A stretch of DNA of 64,000 nucleotides from Octopus sinensis (taxonomy: Eukaryota): positions 57,300,464-57,364,463 of the forward strand of contig NC_043011.1 of assembly GCF_006345805.1 (NCBI RefSeq), read 5' to 3'. Below, piece after piece: positions 63,356-64,000 of the stretch; the first letter of the stretch is position 1; every line of letters begins with the position of its first letter. Below the pieces are notes generated by a model. It had not been told where the DNA came from, did not search any database, and saw nothing but the letters and a program-made list of their open reading frames with translations. Made by a program: the position numbers and the translations under genes.

Positions 63356-64000
63356 ACAGAGCTCAAGGCGAAAAATAAGATAATAGGTATCAACAGTCTA
63401 GCTGTCCCAGTTAGCTACAATATTCTTCCCTGGACTCTAAACGAACTAATCAAAATAGACAGGAAAACAAGAAAAATAATGACAGGATTTAGGATGCACC
63501 ACCCAAAAATCTGACATGGAGAGGTTATATATACAAAGTATCGGAGGTGATAGAGGCCTTATATAGTTAGAAGACTATTACAAAATAACTACCACAGGAC
63601 TACAGAAATACCTACTTCAGAAGTAAGGAAAACTAGTACAAACAGCCACAAAACACGAACAAAACAAAAAATTGTTTTCAGTCTTTAAGGATGCTGACAA
63701 ATACAAAAAAGAAGTCATAGTATGAAGAAAAAGAAGAAACAACAAAAGCTGTAAAACAACTGAAATCCATGGCAAATCCTGAAAAGAAATTGAGTAAAAT
63801 CCCAACAATGTCTGAGAAGCTCAGGACTCAAAGCAGAGACTGAAGGGTTTTTAAGTGCAGAACAAGACCAAAGCCTTCCCACCAAAAACCACCAGAAACA
63901 CAAAATGAAGCAAAATACAAGTAACTGCAGAATATGTGGAGATGGACAAGAAACAATAAACCATATTGTCTCTGGCTGCCCAGTCCTAGCTATGAAGGAA
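63356..64000 (+). mobile_element. 5'-truncated R4/Dong-like LINE, subfamily 1, runs off the window end
   Basis: Follows (AAT)n 63301-63355; NKIIGINSLAVPV...MHHPK.DMERLY...LRSSGLKAETEGFL...CRICGDGQETINHIVSGCPVLA; same family as 17931-18780. Confidence 0.88.

Overview
AT-rich, extremely repeat-dense animal genomic DNA. The SINE families and LINE types look like an octopod cephalopod (Octopus-like); this is inferred from repeat content only. No host protein-coding exon can be supported, so the window is intergenic or lies inside very long introns. A few + strand splice signals, including one clean 21-nt microexon candidate, hint at the latter. Nearly all ORF-track entries are microsatellite artefacts or transposon relics. 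Contents: (TA)n, (CA)n, (CATA)n, (TATC)n, (TAA)n, (GA)n and (CTT)n tracts; four tRNA-headed SINE families (here A-D) with swapped modules; decayed non-LTR elements (R4/Dong-like with restriction-like endonuclease, Tx1/L1, RTE, Penelope-like); mariner/Tc1/pogo relics and MITEs; Helitrons. Most notable: (1) several hammerhead-ribozyme-like motifs found by hand on both strands, one near-intact at 38620-38678 (-) and a twin pair in the arms of a ~585-bp foldback at 6222-6806; (2) apparent microsatellite targeting by Dong-like LINEs ((TAA)n), SINE D ((TTA)n) and a Tx1 family ((TATC)n); (3) several closely spaced inverted repeats able to form long dsRNA. All coordinates, folds and family names are manual and need computational confirmation.
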